Position numbers and translations under genes: made by a program | Part shown: positions 1-12,900 of the stretch, piece after piece | Layout of the letters: every line of letters starts with the position of its first letter | How positions within the stretch are numbered: position 1 is the first letter of the stretch | The notes under the pieces: model-generated | Seen by the model: the letters and a program-made list of their open reading frames with translations, nothing else | Database searches by the model: none | What the model was told of the DNA's origin: nothing | NCBI GenBank assembly: GCA_000091205.1 | Contig: AP006498.2 | Origin: Cyanidioschyzon merolae | Taxonomy: Eukaryota | Direction: 5' to 3' (one strand) | DNA: 64,000 nucleotides

Positions 1-560
1 CCGGGTAGCAGGGTATTCGGGTGCAGCATGCCGGCACGATCGCCTGCCGCAGGACTCTGCTGCAACATACCTCCTGGGCGGCATGCATGCATGCAATGAC
101 GATTCCTGTACTCGTGCCGCATTCAAACGGAACACTGAACAGCCCGCTCTGTTCCTGACTTTTGCTTTGTCTTGAAATGTATTTGAGATGGACAGCTTGG
201 ACATTTGAATTGCAGCAATATGGCTCTACGGATTCCTGCGTGATTTTTGAATAGTTGGTTGTTTTTTCGAAGTGGTTCTTTCTCGACGCTTTGCCGCCAG
301 AATTCGTTATGTCACCGGAATCAGGATGATTCGCGACACCTTGTCACAAGGGTACGCGAAAGAACTCATATCCGAATAGATTTCGTATGTGCAACCATTC
401 TTGCTTCTCCTTTTGTTCTGTGCGGCATGCACAAAACACGCATGCTTCAAGTTTCCCATCTTTCTATTTCAGGGCAATTCTTCAGTGCAACAGTTCGCTT
501 CGTTGAATCGACGGCGGAACAAAACATGATGTCGTCGTCACCTGGCGCGTTCATATGTTT

Positions 561-1095
561 GATCAGTGAACCAAAAGAATCTCCAAATGACCATGTGGGG
601 TTACATGAATACCCACGCGCAGACGCCTCCCTACGTTCTTTGACGGGCCGCCTGCTATCGGTTTGAGGTTATCGAGGCACATTTCGAGCCTGGGAGGCTG
701 CCCCTCGAAGTTAGATAGGCGCAGCTCCGCGGATCTCGTTTTCAGCACCACAAATCGTCTGATACTGATGGCGTCGATGAAGACTCTGTTCATGAACTCC
801 TTGCGTTTATTGCCTCTGGCTGGACTCACCAGTGCAAATACTGCCAGAACGCGTGCCTTTCTTGCCACTACAGTCTTGTGATCTTCCCGTCGGGCAAAAA
901 TCTTTTCAAGTCGATCTCTCATCGACCTCCTCTTCTTCGTCATTACTAGCTCTTCTTCGCTCGATGGTCGAAGAGAAGATGATTCTCTTCGTTTATTTGC
1001 CCGGAAGCTAGCGATGACGGTGCTCCAGGTTCCCCGACTTCCATGCCCACAACTTTCCCTGGGGTTGTGCATTTCTGAAAATGAACGCACTTCTC
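561..1095 (-). mobile_element. Fanzor/TnpB-like element, miniature internally deleted copy A; keeps the 3' end module, the zinc-finger/RuvC-III coding remnant and the 5' end motif
   Basis: The minus-strand remnant reads ...SCGHGSRGTW...SSEEELVMTKKRRSMRDRLEKIF...ARVLAV...KRKEFMNRVFIDAISIRRFVV, matching the RuvC-III DRD.NAA.NI region of copy C (24658-27010). The 3'-terminal motif gcagacgcctcc / catgtggggttacatg and the 5' motif gaaaatgaacgcac are shared with copies C, D, E and G. Confidence 0.55.
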
Positions 1096-1099
1096 TATG

Positions 1100-2090
1100 C
1101 CCTTAGGTGAGGACCTTCACGGAGTGCGAAGGACTTGCGGAAGAAAGACGACATGTGCTCCGGTGTCACCGTGCGCTGAGCGCTTCAGCGATTCGCCCAG
1201 TGGAACGACCGTTACGTTTTACGATAGAAAACACGCATACGATGCACTTGAGCTATGGATTGTATGGAGGAATGAAAAGATGCTCTGCCCCGATAGAATC
1301 GGCAAGAGCTCGAACGCAAGGGGAATGATGAAATGCCACGTTCTCCAATAGAGGAATGTCGGCAAGTGTCAGGGTAAAGTCTTCAATGATTCGATAAAGT
1401 GGGTGCTGTTGTATGAGGGTTACCCACTCGAGAAACTACGGCCGCAAAATGAATCCATTGTAGCTAGAATAGATGATGTCTTAGTTCGCTTCGAGTTCGA
1501 TCGAACATATAGCAGGCTCCTTCTCTGCGAATACCCATATACGTTCCAACCGTTTTATCCGAAGCAAGCCTTATCGATAGAAGAAAACAAGCCGATGTCC
1601 TTGCGGTACATTACCGATCTCGACGTTCCAGGAACGCTGTCGTCGTGATTTCGATGGAGGATGCGCGTTCGTGAGCCAGGTCTTTTTTGCGGGACTATGT
1701 CCCAGTGTAATGTGCGCCACACGAAGAACCTGTTGAGAAACAGAGACGCCTTTGGTAGCCTCTATCGTCGCTTATGCTTCTCGTATGGTGATTATCGGGT
1801 CGTTTTCTACCATTGACCACGAGCAAGCTTTGAGAGCATCGGGTTGTTGGTGCGGAGCGAATATTCTTGTTTCTTACAGTGTTCCTCAACCATCTGAATA
1901 CTGTGGTATGAATGACATGAATGATGAATGCCGTCCTCCTTGCGCGGTTCAATGAAGAAGATAAATCCTGCAGGCAATTTGTCTTCGATTTATGCAGTAC
2001 CTTGCATCGTGATTTCCACCGCCTAACATACACTACAGCGGGGGTGAAACAAAATTGAGGTGAAACAGTATAACAAGCTCTTGCAGACGG
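1100..2090 (-). mobile_element. Tc1/mariner-like DNA transposon remnant, homologous to 39510-40560
   Basis: DNA aligns block by block with 39510-40560 (for example ccgttacgttttacgatagaaaa, gaaagtcttcaatgattcga, ctgttgagaaacagagacg, gtaccttgcatcgtgatttcca). Locus 39040-40560 encodes a degenerate DDE transposase C-terminus on the minus strand. Confidence 0.45.
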
Positions 2091-2094
2091 TTTC

Positions 2095-2830
2095 TCTGTA
2101 CTTGTCACGTCCAATCATAGATTCGGTACGGAAGACGGATCCCTCTCTCTTTGCAGCGATCTACGAAGCGGCATTCGAAAGGAGCAGCTCGAAACTGCTC
2201 CCGGGATCCGGCCCCAGGGGCTGCAGTCTCTTCTGACTGCATGAGAAACAGTCTCGAACTCGGACTAGAGTCAACGTTGCGATCGCTCCTAGTACAGACA
2301 ACGACAACACTTTGCAAAAATATCCGCATAGATGGATCGAAATTTCTCGACCTGCTCGTCAGTCTGGATTATCCTTTCGGTCTCTGTTTCACCATGAGCA
2401 GCATCGCATTCCGCTGATTTTCTGCGGTACAGAACTGCGTGTTCTCGCTTCTGCAATGGACAGCGTTGTCCTCGAGGACATCGCACATAAAAAACCTTTC
2501 AAGATAGCGTACGGTACTGAGAGGAGATAAGGAAGGCGTATATCATCGGGGCGCCTTCTGCTCCCGTCAGGATCACGTGCCGAGCGATAGGGGAAGTCTT
2601 CATGCGACACGGGGCGGCGCTCGTAGAAGACTCTATATTGAACATATGGGAACACCTGACCACAGTGACGCGTCACCGCTGCCACGGGCGTACCGAGGCT
2701 GCGTCCAAACAAGATGAAAAGTGCGACGCAAGGCTAGATCGCATGTTCAGCTTGTGCATGAAACGCACCGACAACAGCTGGAGGCAGCGTCATCGGGACG
2801 CAAGCTGCTATCAACCTCCTTCCACGGATG
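2095..2830. repeat. Unclassified dispersed repeat (family R5), copy 1; matches 8905-9650
   Basis: DNA and translated similarity to 8905-9650: cttgtcacgtccaatcatagattcggtacgg against cttgtcacgtcacgtaatcgattccgttcg; FLDLLVSLDYPFGLCF...IAFR against VLDLIFALDFPFTTC...IAFR; agatcgcatgttcagcttgtgcatgaaacg against agatcgcatcaaccgcctgtggataaaatg. Confidence 0.5.
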
Positions 2831-3151
2831 ATAATCGCACCTGAGGGAATGGAGACACCGGCGCATGCAGAGCTACAGATAAGACAGGAGGAAAGGAGGA
2901 ATTCGCAGAAAACCCCCATGAAAGCTAGAATTGATAACAGCGGGAACAGGCCCAAACTTGAGTTTGTCAGCACGATATAGCAAAGTCGACTCGTTCCATG
3001 CTATACGAACATGGGTGTAAGAGCAGATCAAATCTGCACTTGCTGTTGCAGATGCTTCGTATGCCACAGTGCAGCGCGCGCAGCGATTTGCTCTCTTTCT
3101 CGCTGCCATACGGGATACGCGCCTTGCTAGATAGCCTAGACGTCGAAGCAG

Positions 3152-4393
3152 ATGCCTACCAACCGCAAGGCAGCGGCGGGAAGCGGTCACGCCAGACAAA
3201 ACGCAACCGGTGTGGTTGCCACGAAAACACCCGAGCCACGAACGGCGCTGATCACAGGCGGCTCCGGGTTTCTCGGACGGCATCTCGTGGAGCTGCTGGT
3301 AGAGAGGGGCTACAACGTCATCGTTGTCGACCTGAAGCTCTTTCCTTTCACGGAGTATTCGGAAAGCGAGCTAGTTAAAAGTTTGCGCTCTCAAGTTCGT
3401 GACATAAGCGTAGATATAGGCAACTATGACGCGCTCTGGGAAGCGTTGCGAAGCGTTCCCCGAATCGATGCTGTGTTTCACTGTGCAACGGCGTCGCCGA
3501 CGGCCGCGAACGCTGCGAACCGCAAGCTGATGGAATACGTTAATATAGAAGGTACGAAACAAGTCATCCGATTCTGTCTCGAACGAGGTATTCGGTATCT
3601 GGTGTACACGTCCTCTGCTTCGGTTGTTTTCGCCGGACTCGACCTCATCGACGTTGACGAGGAGTCTGCCCCGCTTGCTAAGAAGGATATCGACTTTTAT
3701 ACGTACACGAAGAGGGTAGCAGAGCAGCTGGTTTTGCAGACAGCGAGCTCATCGTCTACGGATCCTGCCCGACGAGTACTGTATGCAGTTGCGCTCCGAC
3801 CATCGGGCATTTTCGGCGAATATGACCCCCTCTTTATACCGACGCTAGTGAGTAGGGCACGACAGGGTCGCATGAAATATATCATTGGCTCTGGGCGAAA
3901 TGCTATGGACTGGACCTACGTGAAGAACGTTGCCGAAGCGCACTATCTTGCTGCAGAGGCGTTGCAGGAAAGTGACAAGCGTGCCAAACAATTGACTGGT
4001 AAGGCCTACTTCATAACCAATGGGGACCCACGCTCTTTCTGGGGGTTTCTGGGGTCCATCCTGCAAGGTCTGGGATACCCGCCTCCACGGCATCGTTTGC
4101 CGTTCGCTCTGGTCTACTCCATTGCATGGCTCGTGGTGCTCATTGATGCGGTCGCGCGTTTACTAGGGCGTTCACTTTCAACGGATTTCACCCCAGGACG
4201 TGTTCTGCTCGCAACCTGCGAGCGTCGGGTAAGTTGTGCAGCCGCGAGGCGAGACTTGGGTTACAATCCGCGATTTTCGATCGAGGATGGCCTAGAGCGA
4301 ACGCTTCGATGGTTTCGCTCTCGGGGACTGGCAGCACAAACCGAGGCACCTATGGTTCAATCGGTACCGAAACCAGTAGCCACTACCACGTGA
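3152..4393 (+). CDS. NAD(P)-dependent 3-beta-hydroxysteroid dehydrogenase / sterol-4-alpha-carboxylate 3-dehydrogenase-like, extended short-chain dehydrogenase (NSDHL/ERG26 family)
   Basis: A 413-aa ORF with the Rossmann motif ALITGGSGFLGRHLVELLVERGYNVIVVD, then YTSSASVVF and YTYTKRVAEQLV (the catalytic Y..K region), laid out as in the 3-beta-HSD/epimerase family. The true start may lie downstream of the first M. Confidence 0.75.
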   Translation: MPTNRKAAAGSGHARQNATGVVATKTPEPRTALITGGSGFLGRHLVELLVERGYNVIVVDLKLFPFTEYSESELVKSLRSQVRDISVDIGNYDALWEALRSVPRIDAVFHCATASPTAANAANRKLMEYVNIEGTKQVIRFCLERGIRYLVYTSSASVVFAGLDLIDVDEESAPLAKKDIDFYTYTKRVAEQLVLQTASSSSTDPARRVLYAVALRPSGIFGEYDPLFIPTLVSRARQGRMKYIIGSGRNAMDWTYVKNVAEAHYLAAEALQESDKRAKQLTGKAYFITNGDPRSFWGFLGSILQGLGYPPPRHRLPFALVYSIAWLVVLIDAVARLLGRSLSTDFTPGRVLLATCERRVSCAAARRDLGYNPRFSIEDGLERTLRWFRSRGLAAQTEAPMVQSVPKPVATTT

Positions 4394-6810
4394 GGTTTTG
4401 GGAATGAGCATTGACCATTTGATCATTCCATTTGGATGCTGCTGCGGAAATCAAGCAGTTTCGAACGTACTCGAAGCACTTCCTGATTCGTACTCGTACC
4501 GATAAATTTTGGACCGCCGCTACAAGACGATCGACGCCTTGAGCTCGGATCGCGCTGTTGCGTTGCTTTGCGTGGAAGTATGCAAAGCCGCCGGGATGTT
4601 TCCTGGGGCGAAAAGCGTCTTTATTGGGAACGCGCTAGGTATGCCGTGTGTTGGTCGAAGCATTCGTCGAATCTATTCACCTGTACATCGCAGCATCGCG
4701 CTTTGGTTTCATATTACGGTCTTGGTGCACTTCGGGATTTTCTACCGGGTTACTTTGGGCATGGCATTCTCGTTGACGGTCTGTATATGCAGCATATGGC
4801 ACCTGGTTCCAATTGGACTCGAGGCCCATGGCGAAGGCGCACGGACACATTCCGGAGTATGATGAGGCATCGCCGGTGCACTCAACTGCTGGTGACCTTC
4901 AGGAGGATCCACAGGTGCCCTCATTGAGATGAAAACGTTCGTCGACTTGAAGAACATCATTGAGCAGCGGCGTTTTCCGAATGGTTTCAATCTATGCCAA
5001 CAACTGCAATCGAGACGGTCACTGATTTGAAGCGGTGCCATCGAGGCGACAAGAGCCAAAGACCGCTGGTCGACGGTGCGAATCGATATCCGTGTAGATG
5101 CCGGCAGCGTTCAGCGTCGCCCAAGAGCACCTGCAACCAGACTGACCGGTGTATCCGTTCGGCGGGAGAATTTGCCCGCTTCACTACGACCGGTCAGGTC
5201 GCTGGACGGTAACCTGTGTTCGGTCTATGCTCCCACTGTCGCAGCTGGCAGAATGGGTGCATCTGCGCCCCCTCGGATTGCTGCGGGGCGTCGGCGCTGG
5301 CTTCGTCCATCTTTTGCAGGATATCTGCGGGCGCATCAGGGTGCTTCGCACGTGCGCCGCTCTTTACGGGCAGGCCCAGATGTGGCTTCTCCTGCGCGGT
5401 CTTCTGAGCCATCACGCGTCGATGTGGTCCTTTCCAGCTTACAAGACTGCTTCGTGGATGCGTCTGCAACGCGAGGAAATCCCCGGTTCCCGTTCTGCAC
5501 GACACGTCTCACGACGAACTGAACAAATTGTTCACGCTGGTCAGCGCCGGTAAGCGAACGAACGACTTGGCGCAGGCCTGGTGTCACAGTGCGCTCACTC
5601 CAGAGAATATCCGCGAGTCCGGTCGCAATATCCATCGCCATCAAGTAGTTTCGATTCGCATTCATTGGATCATCGAGATCTTCCGATTCTTGATGGTCCA
5701 GATTCATTGGCCTCGCGGAGCTTTCAGCCACCAAGTCCGTCGTTTGCGCTGCCCTAGGGCAAGCGCTTTGCGAATGACCGCGTTTTACAGCCGAATGTAG
5801 TAGCCCTGAAGCAGGCGAGGGTCTGCTTGGGGAAGGCTCGTGGTTCATCTGGGATTGTCTTCTTGCTTCGTAACTGCCTGAAAGAAAGCTGAGGTCTCGC
5901 TTCACGGCTTTTCCGAGACTCTGGCGCGTAGAAATTTCCAGGGGATTGAAACCACGAAAGAAAGTCTCTGTTCCGTGATACTTGCACCGACGGACAGCGT
6001 GCCGCAGCACGCATGTATGGCGACACGGATGCCACCTGGGACACGTGTACGACCTGGGACGCTGATGCGCACGATGCGCCCTCACTTGAACTGTCCGTGA
6101 CATGCTTGCACGCAATCGCCAGCGCAGATATTGTTCTCTTCAAGGGGTATACTAACTGCATCTGGCAAGGTGTTGCGGATACATGATTGCTGCTGCTGGT
6201 GATCTGGAACGAAACCTCACTTGTTGCGCAGAAGCACCGACTTTTCGCTTGCTTTATACCGGGCTTACCCACGAGACCACAGGCCCGATTGATCTTGCTG
6301 CCCTGCGGGGGTATGGTGTCAGTCGCAGGTGTCGAACGGAGACACGACGCTGTTTTGCTGCTTTGACGGGCGTCGGCTCGATGCGTGCATGACGCGACAC
6401 GCAACATTGACGTGTGCGGGCATCTGCGGCCGTATGGGCGCTTCTTCTTGTACGACTTGCCGTCAGCGCCCTGACTAGGCCTCGGGAACGACCACGGTGC
6501 TCGGATGACCCCGACTACGAGACCATCCGGTGCATCTACTTCACCGCATCTGCTAGGTGATAGACGACAACCTTCGCTCTGGCGCCGTTCCAGTCCAAGG
6601 GCGTCTGCGGGCTGCAAGCCAGTGGATGTATTGGGCGCCAGCGGCGGAATGCGCAACTCGAACGCTATGCTGCCTCCACTGTCGAGAAGGAAATGAGGCA
6701 CCACGTCGCTTGTGCATGCTCACGTGAGTACCGTGAACCATCCAAGAGCCAGAAGACGCGCGCTGGACACGCTGCCAGCACGGAATGCATCACATGATAT
6801 TCAGTAAGGT

Positions 6811-8100
6811 GATCTGTGAAACGAAAAATGTTCTACGATCATTTAGGGTACATTGATATCCGGCCGCAGATGCCACCCGGCCTTTTTTGACCGGCCGACT
6901 CCTACCGGGTTCATTTTCCCCTTGTACATTTCGACTCTGAGACGCTTCCCCACGATTTTGGATCTCGTCAGCTCCTCGGGTCTCGCCTTCGGCACCACAC
7001 ATCGTCTGATACTGATGGCGGCGTTGAAGTCCCGGTTCACGAACTCCATGCGTTTATTGCCCCGGGTTTAACTCACGAGTGCGAGGATTCATCGAACACG
7101 TGCCCTCAGTGCGACTACAGTCTCTTCTTCGCCTAGTCGGGGAAGCACTTTTTCTCGCGTACCTACCCTCGTTTTCTTCTTCCTGTTCGTCATTTGCTCT
7201 TCTTCGCTCGATAGTCGTCAAGCAGGGCATTTTTCGTTTCGCTTTTGTCGAACCCGGCGATGGCGGGCCTCCAGGATACCCCGGCTACCATATCCATAAC
7301 TTTTCCGTAGATTTTTTAAAAGTAAGCACACTTCGAACCTGTCAGCTATACACCGCGAAGAAGCACTTGATGACACGCACCTGGCAGAGGAACGCAATAC
7401 GGGCGAAGGACGATGATCACGGCTGTGCAACTGTGCTTGCTTGGTGCACTTCTGTGTGCACTGGGAGCGTTTGCGAGACCAGAGGACAAGCGTTGAACCC
7501 GTCGATTCTACTCCGGCAAAACAACCAGCACATGTGTTCCGAATCATCGGATTCCGTTCGTGGCTACCGAGTTATTCTGCGCGATGTTCGGGCGGCTGGA
7601 GCGACTAGACGACATCGCCTTTTGCTGGGTGTCTGCTTCCAGCATGGAGCATCCCGGGGCTCAACGTACCGTTCAGCGAATAGATGCGCGCGCCGCAGAG
7701 CTTCCATATGCTACTGGTGACTCGGCAGTTGCGTGACGATGCTTTAATGCTTCAAAGATCCGTATCTTGCATGCCGACTCGCATCTATTGTCGCTGAATG
7801 GTCCAGCGAAGAGGACGTAGCGAACAGGTCCCTCAGCATCGACAAATTCGACTTCGCACAGTGCGGAGTATTTCTCAGTGCTGAACTTTGTCCCTGGTGC
7901 TGCTGTTATCGACTGGACGACCATAATTTCCTCCGCCCGAGGGCGACGCAGCATTAGAAATCCTTTTTCCATGCCCAGACCAGAACAAATAGCGAAATCG
8001 ACACTTGTCAGCGTTTCAGGCGCATGAACCTGCATGGGTCTTACTCGCTTTCAAAGCGGTTTCATTGAAATCTAGAACGCCATTGCTGGAGTAATGCCAG
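6811..8100 (-). mobile_element. Fanzor/TnpB-like element, partial copy B (C-terminal about 1.3 kb plus 3' end)
   Basis: Minus-strand ORFs 7673..8035, 7218..7547 and 6843..7049 give VDFAICSGLGMEKGFLML...IMVVQSITAAPG...YSALCEVEF...FSDNRCESACK...MEFVNRDFNAAISIRRCVV, collinear with copy C motifs (helix + RuvC-II, a C..C knuckle, RuvC-III). The 3' end motif catttagggtacattgatatcc...gatctgtgaa sits at 6811-6850. Confidence 0.5.
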
Positions 8101-8900
8101 CCGAATTATTTGAAGAAAAAAAGAAACCCCGCGCAAGCAAAGCTTTCTCTTCGCTAGAACTGGTCGGGAAAGAGACGTGACACGCGGTGCGAAACCAGGA
8201 AACACTTTTTGATGATGTAATCATTGGTGCAGTTGTCCCGTCTCCTCAAATGATGGTGCGACCTCCGACCTTCGAAAGCTCAGAAGCGCCGGACAGTCTC
8301 TAATTCATTGCCCGATTCAGTTCACCTATCGATCAGGAGTGTTCCACTGCTCCAAAGCATTCGGCCCGAACGGCACTCGACGGATGCAGCCGTTGCTTAA
8401 GAACTTGAGTGCGCCGAACTGGACGATACGTTGCTCCACCCGCGTCACTTGAAAAGGCACACTGAACTGCTCGGTCACTTCGCGCTCCACGATCTTTCCC
8501 GAACTTTTTTTTATTGATGCACAACCTCGATGTTCGAAGTGCGGCAATATGGGGCTGAGGATCCGTACGTAGCCTTAGCATTCTCGGTCGTCTTTTTGGA
8601 GTGGCTTCTTCGGCTCTACGCCGCTCAATTTCGTTCTGTCATCGATTCCAAGGTGTTTCGGGATGCAGTCGACCAAAAGGTTCATGACATGACCGACGCC
8701 ATCATCGAATCCATAGGTACAAGCCTCCATTCTTCTCCTCTTGCATACGTTGATCATGCGCAAATCACGCATTCTTCACGTTTTCAACCCGTGTGTCTCA
8801 AGGCAAGTCGTGAATGCAGCGATTCGTGCCTCTGGGTTGATGACGAGAAATACTCGACGTCATTGCTTGACAACTTCATCTCAAGCTCATGAAGAAACTT
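8100..8900 (-). mobile_element. Diverged Tc1/mariner-like transposase remnant
   Basis: Minus ORF 8326..8547 (KIVEREVTEQFSVPF...) resembles minus ORF 40104..40316 (SIVENEPLITLWKAKATILAATDVS, the first-Asp region of a Tc1-like DDE transposase). There is weak DNA similarity to 1900-2090. Confidence 0.3.
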
Positions 8901-8904
8901 CACT

Positions 8905-9650
8905 GGACTTGTCACGTCACGTAATCGATTCCGTTCGAAAGACAACTACGCATCTCTTTGTGTCCATTGACCGCATAACACGCGAAGCCGGACTGATACT
9001 TCTCGCTGTATATGTCCCGAGACGCTCCCGACTCTTCTGTCTGTATGGAAAGGGGTCTTGGACTCGGATTCTCGTCATTGCAGCGATCGCGTCTATTAGG
9101 ACGTGTGTAACCAGGTTGCACGAAGAGATCGTAAACGGATCAGGAGTTCTCGACTTGATTTTCGCACTGGATTTTCCATTTACTACTTGTTCTATCAAGG
9201 ACACTATCGCATTCCGTAAATTCTCTATTGAATGAAATCGCGTCCGCTTGCAACTGCAGCCGACAGCGTACTCGCCCCCGGGGCCATCCAGAACATTGCC
9301 GTGATCGTAGAACACGACATCGGAAGCAGAAACGGAAAAGCGCAGCGACGCAGGCCTGCTCCTCCTGTCCATAGCAACCATCGAGCGATGGAGGATGCGT
9401 TCACGCGCCACAGGGCGGCACTGGGCGATACCGGTGTCGTCGATGTATCCGAAAGCCTGACCATAGCAGACCGCCGCCGTTTCGAATGCAACACCGTGGC
9501 TGTACACAAATACGATAGATGTGGCAAGCGATTCGTAGATCGCATCAACCGCCTGTGGATAAAATGCATCGTCAAGTGTCGAAAGCGACGACACTGACTC
9601 CTGAGTGCTGTCATCAACATCCCTGGACTACCGACAGCGGCCATTGATAG
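8905..9650. repeat. Unclassified dispersed repeat (family R5), copy 2
   Basis: See 2095-2830. It sits in the same position relative to the Fanzor-like and mariner-like remnants as at the window start. Confidence 0.5.
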
Positions 9651-9930
9651 AAAGTCGAGACCAGCGCATTTTACGCCAGACCCGAAAGAGCGAGACATCG
9701 AGAGAAAGGAAGCAGTCGGAGAAGTAGCCAACCAAGGCTGGTGTCACGAACAGTGACCACAACTAGAACTTGATCGTCTTCGCCCAAGTAATGTCAGTAG
9801 ATCGCTTCCATTCGGCACCGATACGGCTGTACCCAGGTGCAGTGCCGTCGCGTGCGTAACGGCACCTGCGGCATCGCACGAGCGCTGAGGCGTCCAATCA
9901 ACGTCCAGCTGAGTACCAAATGCACGGCTA

Positions 9931-12900
9931 GTGCACTGTTTCCAGTCAAGGTCGGAGGTATTTCTCGCTGCAGTGTCCATGGTGGACCGCCCCGCAGTAC
10001 AACGGGAAAAGAGCAGCCCTGGAAACCTGGCAAGTCTGCTGAGCTCACCAGGTGGCAGCAGGTTGCAGCGCGGTGGGCAGCTCTGCAGCTCTGGCGACGC
10101 TAACCCTCTGCTGCGAACAGAGCGCGTCGGTGTGGACGTAGATGTTGACCTCAACACGGTTCGAGATAGAAAGCGTCTGGAGCGTGAGGCGTACTCTCAG
10201 GCGGACATCACGGACTCGGGCCTGGCCAGAAACTACAGTTTGCAAAGTCTCATTCGCTCCCCTGAGGAGATCGAGTCCATCGATCTCAATGCGCCTTTCG
10301 TAGAAGAGTATCTATTGAACTGCATCCAGCAAGTTCAAGCTGAGTTGAACGAAATCCGAGAAGCAAGAACCTCGCTTTTGCGCACGGAAGAGACCTCCGC
10401 CCAGTTGACTGGGGGCGTGGACGGCGCTGTGAAACCTCGACGGCTCTTCATTGTGTCGCACCGTTTGCCCGTACAGGTCCATTTTTCACCGGTACAAAAC
10501 AAAAACAAACCCAAAATCTTGCTGAACTCCAGCGGGCTTTTTGCATCGCTGCGTCATCTGCGAAAGGAATATACGATTCGATGGATCGGGCAACTCATGC
10601 AGATACAACAGCTCAGCGCTGAGCAGCAGGACATTACGCGGCGTATCCTTCTAGCTGAGCATGGGTTCATACCTCTCTTCATTGACGCAAAATTGTGCCG
10701 AATGCATCAAATCTTTTGCAATAGCGTTTTATGGCGCATATTTCATTACATTCCAGTTGGCGTGGAAGGGGAGCGGGCGTTCTGTTCAGAGCTCTGGAGC
10801 GCATACTGTCGAGTGAACGCACTGTACGCCGAGGCAATCTCTCGGGAGAGCCAGCCTGGTGATCTCATCTGGGTCCATGACTTTCAGCTCATGCTGGTAC
10901 CACAGCTGTTGCGCTCGCGTCAGGCTGATGCTCGCATTGGATTCTTCCTGCATACACCGTTTCCGTCCAGTGAGATCTACCGGATGTTGCCGGTACGCAG
11001 GCCGCTTCTCGAGGGGATGCTTGCTTCGGATCTGATCGGCTTCCATACCTATGACTATGCTCGTCATTTTTTCAGTGTCTGCTCGCGACTTTTGGGATTG
11101 GAAACCAGACCTAACGGCATCGACAATCGCGGGGCAGAGGTTCACGTCGGAATCTACCCGTTCAGCATTGACAGTACGAGCTTCATCGCCGCTTCACGAA
11201 GCAGAGCGGTACAGGAGCGCAAGCGTCGGTTGCTTGAGGGCCCTTTCGCTGGAAAAACGGTCCTTCTGGGTGTTGATCGCCTCGATTACATCAAGGGGAT
11301 ACCACACAAAATGTTAGCTTTTGAGCAACTACTCGAATCGCATCCAGAATGGATCGGGAGGGCCGTGCTGCTGCAGGTGGTGGTCCCGTCGGCTCCGGAC
11401 CTGAGCTTGGACGCTGTCGATGAACGCGCGAGTAGTGATTATCTGGCGCTTCGAGCGGAGGTAGAAGAACTCGCGGGCCGCATTAATGGACGCTTTGGAA
11501 CGGTCGAAGACTTACCCATCATGGTTCGCATCATGGAGCCGGATCTGGAGGATCTCGTTGTCCTGTATTCGATCGCGGATGTTGCTGTGATTACGAGTCT
11601 TCGCGAAGGTATGGGTCTCATGTCGTATGAATTCGCCGTTTGTCAAGGTGAGAAACGCGGCGTGCTTGTGATGAGCGAGTTCTGCGGCGCAGCGCATTCG
11701 CTACCCGGCGCTGTACTCTGCAATCCGTGGAGCATTGATGAGGTTGCAGAAACGCTTCATCGGGCCATGGCGCTCTCAAAAATGGAACGAGAACTGCGGT
11801 ATCAGAAACTCTCGAAATACGTGCAGATGCACACTGCGGATCGATGGGCTGAAAACATCATTACGGACTTGGTGAAAACGACGGAAACTCGGCGGCAATA
11901 TCGACGGCTTGATTACGAGCAGCTTTCAGCCAGTTTCCGTGCTGCTCGCCGGCGACTGCTGCTGCTCGACTATGATGGCACGCTGTCGGCGTATCACTCG
12001 CATCCGGAGCTCGCTAAACCGGAGGCACGCGTACAGCGGCTGCTGCGACAGCTCGTTATCCAGCACCCGAAGACGCTTGTCTTTGTTATCAGCGGGCGAG
12101 AGAGGGCCACCCTGGATCGCTGGCTGGCCGCAACCGGTTGCGGCCTCGTTGCAGAACAGGGCTATGCTTTTTGCTGGCCAGATGATGCCTTTGCGGCGCT
12201 AGACAGTGGCAGCGGCAGCGGCAGCGGCAGCGGCAGCGCCCCCGAGCGACTTGATCCACGGATGAGACCAGCGGCCGTCAAGGCCGTGGCGCACGACACC
12301 GCCCCAGCCTTGCGGAGCCCAGTCGATAAGACGGCTCTATTGGAGCCTCGTTCTGGAACTGGAGCAGTCGGTGCTTACGGACCTGCGAGAGCAACGCCTC
12401 TATCCCGTATGTGGACGCAACCGCTCTTCGACCACGATCCCGAGGTGCTTAGTCGCGCTTTGCACACCGCGATCGACATCATGCTGCGTTTCGAAGACCA
12501 TACACCGGGATCTTTTACTCAGATCAAAGAAAGCTCTGCAACCTGGCATTACTCGGAAGCGGATCCGGACTTTGCATATTTCCAAGCGCAAGAGCTACGC
12601 GCACACTTGGAAGAATCGTTGATGCATACACCACTAGAGGTACTCAGCGGCAAGAATATTGTTTACGTGCATCCGCGGGGTATTCACAAGGGCAACGCCG
12701 TGCGATATATTCTACAGCAACTCAAAATAGAGGAGCCAGACTGGATCCTTTGCATGGGCGATGATAAGAGTGACGAGCGCATGTTCGAAGCATGCATGGA
12801 GTATGTCGGTGTCCGAGAAACGAATCCGAAAACGAGTCCCAAGCTGGTCGACGAGCCGAGGGCGCAGAGGCACGTCACCCTCTTCACTTGCACTATTGGA

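Noticed and set aside
5336-6704. Overlapping minus-strand ORFs of 259 and 316 aa
   Set aside because: The translations are Ser/Arg/Ala/Cys-rich with no domain-like blocks, and the two overlap each other in different frames. They are most likely chance ORFs in GC-rich intergenic DNA, and no gene call is made.
7079-7720. 213-aa plus-strand ORF (and similar ORFs 663..881, 6853..7071, 24739..25044, 31194..31670)
   Set aside because: These are antisense read-throughs of the Fanzor-like remnants. The same DNA encodes the recognisable RuvC-III/zinc-finger motifs on the opposite strand, and the plus-strand translations (SSGL.FSTT..L.LMAALK...) are just their reverse-complement frames.
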